Part shown: positions 1 to 11,194 of the stretch, piece by piece
Numbering within the stretch: the first letter of the stretch is position 1
How the letters are laid out: each line of letters starts with the position of its first letter
Assembly: GCF_021869535.1 (NCBI RefSeq)
Contig: NW_026262712.1
Location: 27,218,001 to 27,282,000 of the forward strand
Reading direction: 5' to 3'
Length of the DNA stretch: 64,000 bases
From: Mytilus californianus
Lineage: Eukaryota
Notes under the pieces: generated by a model
What the model saw: the letters and a program-made list of their open reading frames with translations, nothing else
Databases searched by the model: none
Told to the model about the DNA's origin: nothing
Position numbers and translations under genes: made by a program

Positions 1-83
1 CTGAACATCTTCCTCCATGTAGAGTTTGTGGAGAAAAGGCATCAGGACTCCATTATGGCGCTAATACATGTGAACCATGTAAG
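1..83 (+). CDS. NR-A coding exon 1, 3' part only (zinc finger 1: [27 protein letters not shown])
   Basis: C-X2-C-X13-C-X2-C nuclear receptor finger; phase-0 donor aag|gtaagt at 84; near-identical to NR-B 48670-48757. Confidence 0.95.
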
Positions 84-97
84 GTAAGTAACTTACA

Positions 98-166
98 CCA
101 TTTAGAGTTTGTGGAGAAAAGGCGTCAGGACTTCATTATGGCGCTAATACATGTGAACAATGTAAG
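98..166 (+). repeat. Degenerate tandem duplicate of the 3' end of the NR-A ZF1 exon, including its donor ([23 protein letters not shown]|gtaagt)
   Basis: Direct repeat of about 15-83; first Cys TGT>TTT; out of frame with exon 1. Confidence 0.9.
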
Positions 167-716
167 GTAAGTAGATGCATGAACATGAACTCAATTGTAT
201 AGTGTGACGGGATTGCTTCCCTTAGTAAATGTGTTAGATACTTAGTCAGTCGTAAGCGCTTGAGCAAAGGAAGTACTGATTTAGCGCTGTCGGTATACGC
301 GCTGCCTTGTAACACAGAGGTCCCGGTGCAAACAAGCAAGCAATCTTTTAAAGAAATTTATGCTCTCCGGTTACAATTATATAGTTTAGCATGTGGCATG
401 GATTGCGTACTGTTATATGACACTGGAACATCTAGTACTTTTTACTTAAGACTTAAGGAAAGGAGATCACATCGTCCTCATTGTTACACAAACTGAGGTT
501 TTATTAAATAAGTTAGACGGTATTCGTTAGTGGTAGACCGGGAACAAAGATCAATGTATTCTGTTGCAATTAGTTTCATTAGCTACAACTGAATGAAATG
601 CACAAAGATTATGCACTGATAAAAACAAATTATCAACTCTTACAGAACTGTTATCTATACTTTGACGTCATGAAACGGGCTTATACAAGTATACACATTT
701 TGTTATCACTACTATA

Positions 717-901
717 AAAATAAACTAACCGTTTGAATGGTTTTACACTAGTCATTTTTGTGGCTCTTTATAGCTTGTTGTTCGGCCAATTAAGGCTCCG
801 TGTTGAAGACCGTACTTTGACCTATAATGGTTTACTTTTACAAATTGTGACTTTAATGGAGAGTTGTTTCATTGGCACTCATGCCAAATCTTCTTATATC
901 T
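717..901 (-). repeat. Copy of a very abundant interspersed repeat (ggagagttgtctcattggca...cacatcttctt end); relatives at about 2186, 6230, 6820, 17462, 22620, 50650, 54190, 54935
   Basis: Reverse complement of 17470-17650; many similar copies in the window. Confidence 0.75.
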
Positions 902-1198
902 AACATACAATATTAGAAGAGAATATACAGTTACTAGGAAACCATTTCATGTCTGGGATAATTATTAATACGATTGTATTGAATGTCATTTAATTTAATG
1001 ATTAAAGAAAATACCCCTCTTTGATAAAAACGATGTCTGACGAGAGATCTTACACGCTAACCATGTTAACTCTAAGAGCCTTATGAGAAACGTGAGAAAA
1101 TGTTTTTTCTTTCGAAATTTGGTTTTTTACTTTTACAAAACATACAGTAACTATGGCTTACAATATCAATACTTCAAACAAGAAATTTATGTAATTTG

Positions 1199-4100
1199 TA
1201 TGGAACGCCACAGCTGTCTTATGTGGAACTCTGATATTACTTTATGTTGTTTTATTATTACTTGATGATATTTTGTCTTTACTTAATATGGTTTTGACAT
1301 TACGTAATGATGTTTTGATATAACTCAATATGGAATAGTCATTACTTAATGATATTTCGATATTACACGATATGGTTTCGTATTGATTTGATATAGTTTT
1401 GTCATTACTCAATATGGTTTTGTCATTACTCGATGTGGTTTCACCATTATTTAATGTGGTTGTGTCATTAGTCAATGTGGTTTTAACATTACTTGATGTG
1501 AATGTGACTTAACGTTATGTAGTTGTTTCATTACATGATGTGGTTTTGTTATTTCGTAATGATGATTTGCCTATTCTTTATATGGTTTTAACATTACGTA
1601 ATGATGTTTCAAAATTTGACGATTTTACACTACATGATGTGTTTGTTTCATTATTTGATGTGGTCCTGTCATTCTTTGATGTGGTTATCCCATTACTTGA
1701 TGAGGTAAAATCACGTGACCAATTCGGAAAAACCTGTTCTATTTTTAGATAGATTTCCATGTTGTATGTGCCTTGGATGAGTGTGGCCATCCATCGAATT
1801 AGAGTTCAAATTAAAGTTCGGGTTACTGTTTGAGTTAAATTTTGAGTTAGACTTCGATTTCGAATTAAATTTGTTATTATAATTAAAGTTTTAGTTAGCA
1901 TTGAGCTTCGAGTTGGACTTCGAGTTTGAGTCACATTTAAAGGTAGAGTTCGAGTTACAACATTAAATTTGAGTCACTTTATGAGGTAGAGTTTTAGTAA
2001 GATTCGAATTTAAGTCTCATTTAGATTAATTAAGATTTTGAGTTGAAATTCGAGCTATCTCATATGAGTTCGTAATTAAATTTTCTATCGCGGAACAAGG
2101 ACTTTTGCTCGGGCTTCCGAAAAGGTATGCGTACAAAAGATAAACAATGTTACAGTATACATAACGCAACATAGAAGTTGAAATAAAGTTAGATGTGGTG
2201 TGATTGACAATGAGACAACTATCCACCAGAGTTAAAATGCAGTGGATATAAGAAATTATATATAGGCAACCGTACAGCCTTCAACACACCGTATAGTCAG
2301 CTACAAAAGGCCACCATGCACCATGTGAAAAAATTCAAACGAAAAAACAAACGGTCTTATTTATAAATAAACAATCTACAAAAAAAATGACATACATTTA
2401 TACAACGACAACAATTGAACTTCATGCACCTCTGTTGGGGCAGGTACATAAAGAAAGTGCACGTGGCGGAGTTTAACATGTATGTGAGCGCTAAATCCTA
2501 ACCTTACATCGGACTTTTACAGTTGTGTAACAGCACAACACGAGAACAAAAATGTAAACTAGACAAAATGATGCCCCCGCACTCAACTCATTTAACCGCT
2601 TATATCCCAAAAATGACAAAAAAAAGTTCAATTATCTCCCAAAAGAGCAAAAGATAATAAAAATAAAAACCCTGACCACATGCACACCTTCAATATATGT
2701 ACAAACAGACAGTGAAGAGAAAACTTCCTAGAATTCAAACTGTGGGAGGAGTTATGCGGAATAACTATATACCCATAATGGGACGGACGGACAGACGGAC
2801 GGACAGACGGACGGACGGACGGACAGAAGTAAAACAATACGCCCCCCCTGACTTTCAGTTGCGGTGGCATACAGAACAGTTTCATTTGGCTGATTCAATA
2901 GATCGGTATGACTGGGTAATATAAATCCATCGGGGTGATCTCGGATGCTCCAGAAAGGCACCCGTCGTGTTATTCGAGAAAGTACAAACCGAGTGATTTG
3001 GTTTTATTTGGTAGTTTACATTCAAGGAAAAGATGACGGTATTATGGTTACGACCACTGGAACATGTCCGTCGTCACATGTGAAACAGATATTCCAAAAA
3101 GTTTATTTTTCAATTAGTGCGAGGTAGATCAGGGAATTCAATTGATAAATAAAAGATTGATATTCGTATAAGTTCAAATGATCATTTATGCTAAAAAAAA
3201 TTCGGAGAATTCTTATTTTATAGTATTGATGCTTTGTCGCTTAGTCCGAGCCCCCCTCCCCCCGTTTCCCCGTAACTTTAGTGTGAGTAGATTTGAAGTG
3301 TTTCATTTGTGAACAATAAAGTTCAAGTCTTTTGATTTGTGTCGAGCCTGCGACATCAATGTATCGGCAGTGAGACACAACAAACTTATATTTCGTCGTC
3401 GATAGTGGTGTCGGCGTCTCCATCTCCATTTTTTTTTTTTATTTATATTGAGTTTAACCTTTCATTTTACATGTTACTAAACATGTATGCCATCATAATT
3501 TTGTACTTTTAGAATATCATACTGTATTTGTTTACCTCGACTATTGTATCTGTATTTATATTGTATGTTTCTCTGTAAACTTGTATTTAGTTTTAGAGAA
3601 TAAAGTATCTATCTATCTATCTATAGATCGTTAGGTTTCTAGTTTTTTACATTTTTCATTTCGGGACCTTTTATAGCTTACACTATAGGGTATGGGTTTT
3701 GCTCATTGTTGAAAACCATACAGTTTTGTTTTAGTTAAATAAAACCGAATTAAACTGTTTTGACATGATAAATTTGTAAACCTGCATGAAGTGTTTTAAA
3801 ACTTGTATAGAAGTTATTCCTCAATTTCAAGAAAAAGCATCTACAGAAAAACATTTTTTTTTTCGATAAATGTATAGATAAATGTACAGCCGATCATCAT
3901 GACGCTTTTACACTTACATCAGCAATATCAGGCGAGACACAGGGTTCCGTGGAATATTTTACAAATTTATTACAAAAATACTGCTTCCGTTTGAGAACTT
4001 AGGATAAAAACAACAGGACCAAGTGGTTTGGGGATATCCCAATTATGTCCGAAATACTGTAAACTTTTTAATACTTTCTTTCTTATTATTATCTGCCGTT

Positions 4101-4770
4101 CCCTTTTTTCATACCAAATAACTCTGAACAACCACTCGAACTTTAATTTGAACTTTAACTCAATGGATAGCAATACCCATCCAAAGCACATTAAACAAAC
4201 GATATATTGAAATCTGTTTAAAAATAGAACATATTTTTTCCGAATTGGTCACGTGGTTTTACCTCATCAAGTAATGAGATAACCACATCAAAGAATGACA
4301 GGACCACATCAAATAATGAAACAAACATATCATGTAGTGTAAAATCGTCAAATTTTGAAACATAATTGCGTAATGTTAAAACCATATAAAGAATAGGCAA
4401 ATTATCATTACGAAATAACAAAACCACATCATGTAATGAAACAACTACATAACGTTAAGTCACATTCACATCAAGTAATGTTAAAACCACATTGACTAAT
4501 GACACAACCACATTAAATAATGGTGAAACCACATCGAGTAATGACAAAACCATATTGAGTAATGACAAAACTATATCAAGTCAATATATGAAACCATATC
4601 ATGTAATATCGAAATATCATTAAGTAATGACTATTCCATATTGAGTTATATCAAAACATCATTACGTAATGTTAAAACCATATTAAGTAAAGACAAAATA
4701 TCATCAAGTAATAATAAAACAACATAAAGTAATATCAGAGTTCCACATAAGACAGCTGTGGCGTTCCATA
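1199..4770. mobile_element. Non-autonomous DNA element with about 560-630-bp TIRs built of 21-bp tandem repeats; termini TATGGAACGCC...GGCGTTCCATA; 6-bp TSD AATTTG (IS3EU-like, from recalled TAY..RTA/6-bp rule)
   Basis: Arms 1199-~1830 and ~4125-4770 are reverse complements; TSD at 1193-98 and 4771-76; absent from the orthologous NR-B intron. Confidence 0.8.
2557..2872 (+). mobile_element. HINE/pearl-like element with (ggac/agac)n microsatellite, nested in the large TIR element
   Basis: Microsatellite 2781-2826 followed by a stem-loop-like end. Confidence 0.65.
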
Positions 4771-4820
4771 AATTTGAGTGAATGTTACAGGATAATACAA
4801 ATATAACTAATGTATTTCAG

Positions 4821-4977
4821 GGTTTCTTTCGTCGCAGCATAGTCAAAATAGAAAAGAAGAAGGAAAAATACGTATGTGCTAAAGGAGATGAATCATGTAA
4901 GCTTGGAACTGGAAAACGGACAATGTGTTCCTATTGTAGATATAAAAAATGTCTAGATATAGGAATGTCACACAATG
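4821..4977 (+). CDS. NR-A exon 2 (GFFRRS...zinc finger 2...GMSHN)
   Basis: tttcag acceptor, g|gtaag donor; CAKGDESC-X9-CSYC-RYKKCL; within ORF 4782-5111. Confidence 0.95.
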
Positions 4978-5139
4978 GTAAGAAAAATGTGCTTATATCG
5001 AATGTTCATGATTCATTCGTCGAGTGCTTCTTGGTTGTTGCTACAAAACATCAGGTCATCGCGAGGTTTGAAATGTCCGCTTGGTTGTACACGGGATGTA
5101 TAACTACATAGAAAACGTCAGTATGGTGACCTCTAGTCT

Positions 5140-5297
5140 CAGTGGCGGATCCAGAAATTTTCATAAGGGGGTGGGGGGCACTGACTACCTAAAAGGGGAC
5201 CCGCTCCAGTCATGCCTCAGTGTTTCCCTATATAACCAACCAAATGTTTCCCACAAAAGGGGGCCCGGGCACCCTGCCCCCCCCTTAAATCCGCCTG
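5140..5297. mobile_element. CAGTGGCGGATCC-family MITE with 5-bp TSD agtct
   Basis: TSD at 5135-39 and 5298-302; single agtct empty site at 52101-05 in NR-B; relatives at 11818-11921, 29413-29541, 59753-59927. Confidence 0.75.
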
Positions 5298-5708
5298 AGT
5301 CTACTTTTGATAAATTTTATAACAGCGCAAGACATAATGCTTGATCATCTTTTGTGTGTGTATAGGAAAAGGGGAAGGGTAGGGCATGGTTCAAAGAAAA
5401 TGACATTTTTAATGGTTGATTGTTACTTTCACGAGAACTTTTTTTTTTTATTTAGAAGGGATTTAAAAAAAAAATGTTTCCATTACGCATTAAGGGGGAA
5501 AACCAACATTGGAGTCAATAAACATTTATTATTCCTGAATATTTTTTGAAAAATGTTTTCTTGATTAAAGCAAAAAAAAAAAAAAAAAAAGTTTGATCCA
5601 AGTAAAAAACTCATACCCCAACCAACATCCTAAGATATCTGTCAGACTTTTAACTCGTAGTCATCTTTTTACAATATTTCAACTATTTCTACTATTGTCT
5701 AATTTCAG

Positions 5709-5938
5709 CTATTAAAATTGGAAGGTATACCCACGAAAAGAGAACCAAAGATATAACAGAGGTCAGAAAGTTAAAACTAAAAGAAAATCAGACAGTTGAT
5801 ACGACATCACTTGATGTAATGGAACAGGAAGTTGATGAATTAGTGGCGCGATTGATTGTTATCCAGGAAGAATTCTGTGCCGATTTTAGAACATGTTTTC
5901 AACCAGGTGGCCTTCTTGAAAAGCATAAGTTTGTTTAT
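5709..5938 (+). CDS. NR-A exon 3 (C-terminal extension/hinge AIKIGRYTHEKRTKD...)
   Basis: tttcag acceptor, phase 1 to 0, tat|gtatgt donor; paralog of 53772-54001. Confidence 0.9.
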
Positions 5939-6395
5939 GTATGTTTAGTTAAATGCGACTTATATATATATATATATAGAGCTAAATACATACTGAGAGG
6001 AGATGGGGCCATTTTTTTCTTTTTCACTCCGAGGGTTAAATTAAAAATCGTGAAAACCTATGAATATATGCTTTTTAGTAATAAGACCCGTCACGGCCAG
6101 GCTTGGGTAACTGGGTAGACAAATGCTCACATTAAATCTGTACCGGTACTGTGTGTTACATGTCCTCCTTTACACCATAACCCATGTTGGTGCTCCTACT
6201 AAGGAAGGAGGAAGATACAGAACATACATACATATAATAAGAGTCCATATAGTATTCTGTTTTTTGTCGTTTTTTTATAAAGTACCATAGTGTATTGGTT
6301 TTGCTCATTCTTGAAGGCTATACGGTGATCTATGATAGTTGCTTACATAATCCTCATCAGCGGTCTCTTGTGGATAGTTGTATCACTGGTAATCA

Positions 6396-6567
6396 GGGGC
6401 CTCGGTGGCCGATTGGTCTAAGTAGTCGATCTACTGTATCACTATGCACTGAGATTTTGAGTTCGAATCCCGCACGTTCGACTCCAATCAATATTCGCTA
6501 GGATTGTCAGTTTTTCTGTCTTCCTCCATTTTTTTTGCTGAAAGTGGAGATACAAATTAATCAATCA
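6396..6567 (+). mobile_element. Internally deleted tRNA-SINE in NR-A intron 3
   Basis: Same head (ggggcctcggtggccga, gagttcgaatccc) and same insertion site as 54318. Confidence 0.75.
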
Positions 6568-7287
6568 TTGGCAATCATATCACATCTTAATTTTCATATT
6601 GAACAATTATACCTATTCACATGAAATCAAAAAGTTATTCGTCAATATTGTTTATTTTCAATTTCATTTTTTCGAAAGATAATGCTATCAGGACTCGAAA
6701 CCGAAAACATGATTGATTAAGCCTGAATTGCATTTTCAAAGCTTTCAACTTCGTCATTTATTTTGGCCGTCCAACTGTTTTGATTTGAGCGCGTGTGACA
6801 TATTAAACTTTGATAAAAAAATGAAGTTGTGGCATGCTTGTCAATGTGACAGCTATTAGACCAAAAGACAAAGATGTGAACAGATATAGATCACCTTACG
6901 GCCTTTAACAATAAGAAAAAAAAACGTACCGTATCCGTATAGTAATCTATATTATAAGTCGCCGGTATGACAAAAGACTTGAATAATTCAAAACAGAAAG
7001 CCGACGTCACGGACCGTTTTATACAACAATAAATGAAATACAAATATTGCAGATAGCAACCTAGAACAATCACTTGGTTGCAGGTTGCTGGTTTGAGACA
7101 TACATACACACACACAATGTGTTGAGGTTTAATATTATTGAAAGTCATTATCTTTGGTGAGGTTTTAGTTACACCAATGTTATGAGTGAAAGAAAATACA
7201 ATCAAACAACTTTCAGTCTCATTTTTAAACGCTGTATATCAGTTTGTCAGTCATCAAAATACACTGTTTGTTTTTATTTATTTTCAG

Positions 7288-7516
7288 GAAAGATTCAAAC
7301 TAAAAACGGAAACATTTGGTAACCTTGCTGCAGTACCATGGAGTACTTACAATGAATTCCTATCTGCAACTGGAATGGAACTTGACGATAGAAAAAGTCG
7401 GATGAACATTATAGCAGCACGAATGGAACAAGCCGTTCGGAACATGGTTAATTTTGCAAGAAATATACCGGGTTTTTCTGATCTTCAGACGCCAGATCAG
7501 CTAGCTTTACTTAAAG
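7288..7516 (+). CDS. NR-A exon 4 (LBD H3-H4: MVNFARNIPGFSDLQTPDQLALLK)
   Basis: NR LBD signature F-X2-IPGF-X2-L-X3-DQ-X2-LLK; canonical splice sites, phase 0 to 1. Confidence 0.95.
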
Positions 7517-8391
7517 GTAACGAATAAACATATATATTTGCCATGAAAAAAAAAATACCATTCATTAAAATTTCATCCAATAATTGAAAAATATCAGAAA
7601 TAGGTCAGTTTATAAAGCTTTTTATTGTTTTTGTTTCGTCGCATTATGAATTGCTATCCAGAGGCGTCATCGGAGAAAAAATGTCTTGAAAAAAACCCAA
7701 CTTAACTCTAGAATATCGGTATAATAATAACTATAAACATCATAAATTGTGTATCATGTTGTTTGTATGAACCGCTTATAGAATCATCCAAGTACATCAC
7801 GAGTCAAGTGATTTTTGTAAGTTTCAAGCTGCCATTTTGGTGTAAAACAGTTTCATTTTTTTAATGGCCCAGGGGTTCCAAAAGGGATATACTTCATTTT
7901 CGGGGACAAATATCAAGACATGACTAATAAAAATTACTAAATGTTTGCTTTCCAACTTAATTGATGCAGGATGAAAAAATAATACCATATAAAAGTATAA
8001 TTCTAAAGTTTCATCCTTAAAACTCTAAAAGTTCAACTTGGTCTTTTATGGTTTGTTTGCTTTACTTCTTACTACGCTATATTTTGTGCGCGATTTGATA
8101 GAGTTTGGATTCCCATGGTGGTCACTGAGGAGACGCATAATTAACATGTAATAAAACACGCAATTGTGCTAAGGCTTTTTTTTTTATATTGGATGGTATA
8201 TAAAAAATGGATTAACGAGATTAATCCTGTTGCTGCTATTATAAAAGAAACTAAAATTGAACTAAAAAAAAAATAAGACTATTTTTTCTTGGTTATATTT
8301 CCTTTTTCATTAAAATATATATAACATGTTTAAAGAAAAAAATTACAAACGTAGCGTAAACGTTATAGAACTGATTAAAGAAATGTGCATA

Positions 8392-8587
8392 TAAGTAAAT
8401 CTTTTGCATATTCCATAAGTAAATCTTTCGTATATTCCATATTAAGTAAATTTTTCGTATATTTCATAAGTAAATCTTTCGTATATTCCATAAGTAAATC
8501 TTTCGTATATTCTATAAGTTAATCTTTCGTATATTCCATAAGTAAATCTTTCGTATATTCCATAAGTAAATCTTTCGTATATTCCAT
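8392..8587 (+). repeat. 24-bp minisatellite x8 (taagtaaatctttcgtatattcca) abutting the NR-A exon 5 acceptor
   Basis: Direct reading; a single unit at the same place in NR-B (56543-56564). Confidence 0.92.
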
Positions 8588-8592
8588 TTCAG

Positions 8593-8823
8593 CTGGTTAC
8601 TTGGAATACTGCCTTATTGGAGGGCATACTAGAGTTAACACAACTCTCAAAGTATTTGCAGGTGCTCTTGAAGTACCAATATTCGGATTACATTTTTCTC
8701 AGATTACACATTTGGAACCAAAAGTCTTAGACCAGATTTTAGATTTTGCCACCAGTTTTCAAAAGTGTCAGTTAACAGTCGAAGAAGTTACACTTGCACG
8801 AGCGATTGTCATTACATTTAGTG
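8593..8823 (+). CDS. NR-A exon 5 (LBD H5-H8: AGYLEYCL...LTVEEVTLARAIVITFS)
   Basis: tttcag acceptor at 8591-92, g|gtatgg donor; phases join to give LLKAGYLE and FSDR. Confidence 0.93.
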
Positions 8824-10094
8824 GTATGGATATTACAAGATCTAATTATGTTAAACCAATATGATATTATAAAGAGCACTTCACGGTTAATTTACCTCTC
8901 TGTTTCTAATTTTTCTTCCACCGTCAGTCTGTGGTTATTTTGTGCAATGTTATACGCTGTAACGAGCGAACCCATTTAGGGTTATACCGGAAACCTGTGG
9001 TAGGCGCGCACATTGTGTAAGATGCACTTTAACCTTCGCTCCGATGAGGGCTGGATAGGGGCCCTTCATTTCTGTATTTATTTATTTTGTTTATGCCATG
9101 TTGCTTTAGTCTTTATATTTTGTTCGCTCATTATTCCCTAGTCTTTATATTTTAGCACATCAACAATATATTCCTTTGTCTTTATTTTTTTAGTCCATTT
9201 ACTCTATTCTTTATATTTTTTGCTCATTATTCTCTATTCTGAACCCCCTTTCCGATTCCACAAGTCCTAGGTTAGTCATTGAAGGGACCATTGAAAAAAG
9301 ATGTTATATAGAAATAACAATGTCAAAATCGATTAATGAAAACTGCCAATTATGACGTACGACTTTTATATGGTACGGTGGCAATTCGATTATACGATAT
9401 TGTTATTTTATTAGAATCTGTTATGTTTTGAATGCTCCAAGAGATTTTAGCTTACCATATTGATCGTTATATTGTAAAAAAAAACAACTTGAGCGTACTG
9501 AAATCCTATCATAGTTTTATATATTTTAATACTATTCCATCATCCCTATCTGACCTACAAAAAACTTTACATACCAGGAGATGTTTAACGACCTTGAATA
9601 CCCATGAGTGTCTCGCTCGGCCTGCAATCTTTACATATTAACGTCTCTGTTTTATAAGGACACATTCTTAAAGGGACCCGACCACCTAATGGAATGTCGA
9701 TCAAGCAATTGAACTTGGAAATAGTTGAGAAATGCACACTAACTTTCCAAGTTTATGTAAATAAAATCAACTATATTTCCAGTGTCTATGAAAAAGCAAG
9801 ATATGGTTAATTCATTGATCATATTTCATAATTTATAATTTTGTGAATAATAAAAAAAAATAATTCCTTTTTTCAAAATCAAGGATCTTTTACAAAATCA
9901 CAGAGTTAATTGGGCACACATGATTACATTTATTGTCATAAAGTGGTCTTCATGCTGTGAAACTTAATAATGTTAATATAAACGTCTGTTCAACGGAATA
10001 AACACAAAAAATGAGGAATTGTTTAATCCTGTTTGTCCTTAATAAAGATTGTTTCTTTTCAAATTCTTTAAGTTTTGAAAAAAAGAACTATATT

Positions 10095-10896
10095 TGGTAT
10101 GTGCGTACCTTGCGAGGTCCTCATGCCCGTCATATAGTTTTCACTTGACCTCGACCTCATTTCATAGATCAGTGAACAAGGTTAAGTTTTGGTGGTCAAG
10201 TCCATATCTCAGATACTATAAGCAATAGGCCTAGGTCTAGTATATTCGGTGTATGGAAGGACTAAGATGTACACGTCCAACTGGCAGGTATCATCTGACC
10301 TTGACCTCATTTTCATAATTCATTGGTTATAGTTAAGTTTTTGTGTTTTGGTCTGTTTTTCTTATACTGTATGCAATAGGTCTACTATATTTGGTGTATG
10401 GAATGATTGTAAGGTGTACATGTCTAGCTGGCAGGTGTCATCTGACCTTGACCTCATTTTCATAGTTCAGTGGTCAAAGTTAAGTTTGTGAGTTTTGGTC
10501 TTTTTTTCTAATACTATATGCAATAGTTCAAATATATTTGGTGTATGGAAATATTTTATGATCTATATGTCAGTCACGTAGGTTTTATTTGACTTTGATC
10601 TCATTTTCAAGGTTCATTGCTCAGTGTTAGGTTTTTGTGTTTTGGTCTGTTTTTCTTAAACTATAAGCAATAGGTCAACTATATTTGTTGTATGGAAGAA
10701 TTGTCAGCTGTACATGCCTGCCTAGCATGGTTCATCTGACCTTGACCTCATTTTCATGGTTCATTGGTCAATGTTTAGTTTACTTGGTTAATGTTAAGTT
10801 TATGTGACAGTTGTAATAAAGCTTTATATTTAGGACTATCAACACAATATCAATGATTAGCAAAGAAGGCGAGACATTTCAGCGTGTGCACTCTTG
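10095..10896. mobile_element. Helentron/HINE-like non-autonomous element with about 4.5 internal 147-bp tandem repeats, in NR-A intron 5
   Basis: tgaccttgacct recurs at 10296, 10443, (10590), 10737; absent from NR-B intron 5. Confidence 0.7.
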
Positions 10897-10940
10897 TTTA
10901 TGAATAATTAATTACATTTTTTATATTTTTGTTTTGACAG

Positions 10941-11194
10941 ATAGATGTGTCTTACAAGAACCAGAAAAAGTTGACAAAATCCAGATGAATTTAGTCAATT
11001 GTTTACGCTGTATCGCTAAAAAGAATCATAAAAATCCTGACGAAAGAATATGGCAGATATTTGACAAATTTATGATACTTCGAAGTTTATCCGAGCATGG
11101 ACCTGAGATTTTTGCCAGAAGGTCAAAATGGGATGCTGTGAAAGACCGTCCTCTTCTACTAGAAATGATAAACCCTGAAAACCAACCAGCCTAA
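10941..11194 (+). CDS. NR-A terminal exon 6 (LBD H9-H12, AF-2 PLLLEMI, stop)
   Basis: gacag acceptor; DR-X2-L-X5-V-X2-IQ motif and AF-2-like helix; TAA at 11192-94. Confidence 0.95.

Noticed and set aside
663-670. Perfect CRE TGACGTCA in NR intron 1, shared with 51117-51124
   Set aside because: It sits in a generally conserved paralogous block; no evidence of specific constraint
1199-1760. CRISPR-like regularly spaced repeats
   Set aside because: Eukaryotic DNA; contiguous degenerate tandem units without unique spacers; no cas genes
1242-1790. Thr/Ser/Asn-rich repetitive ORFs (and mirror ORF 4218-4427) resembling a mucin or antifreeze-type protein
   Set aside because: They are translations of the 21-bp minisatellite in the TIR arms; short, interrupted by stops, no splice context
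6697-6706. GAAACCGAAA ISRE/IRF-like motif, also at 54695
   Set aside because: Several GAAANNGAAA matches are expected by chance in 64 kb of AT-rich DNA, and the two copies simply lie in a duplicated block
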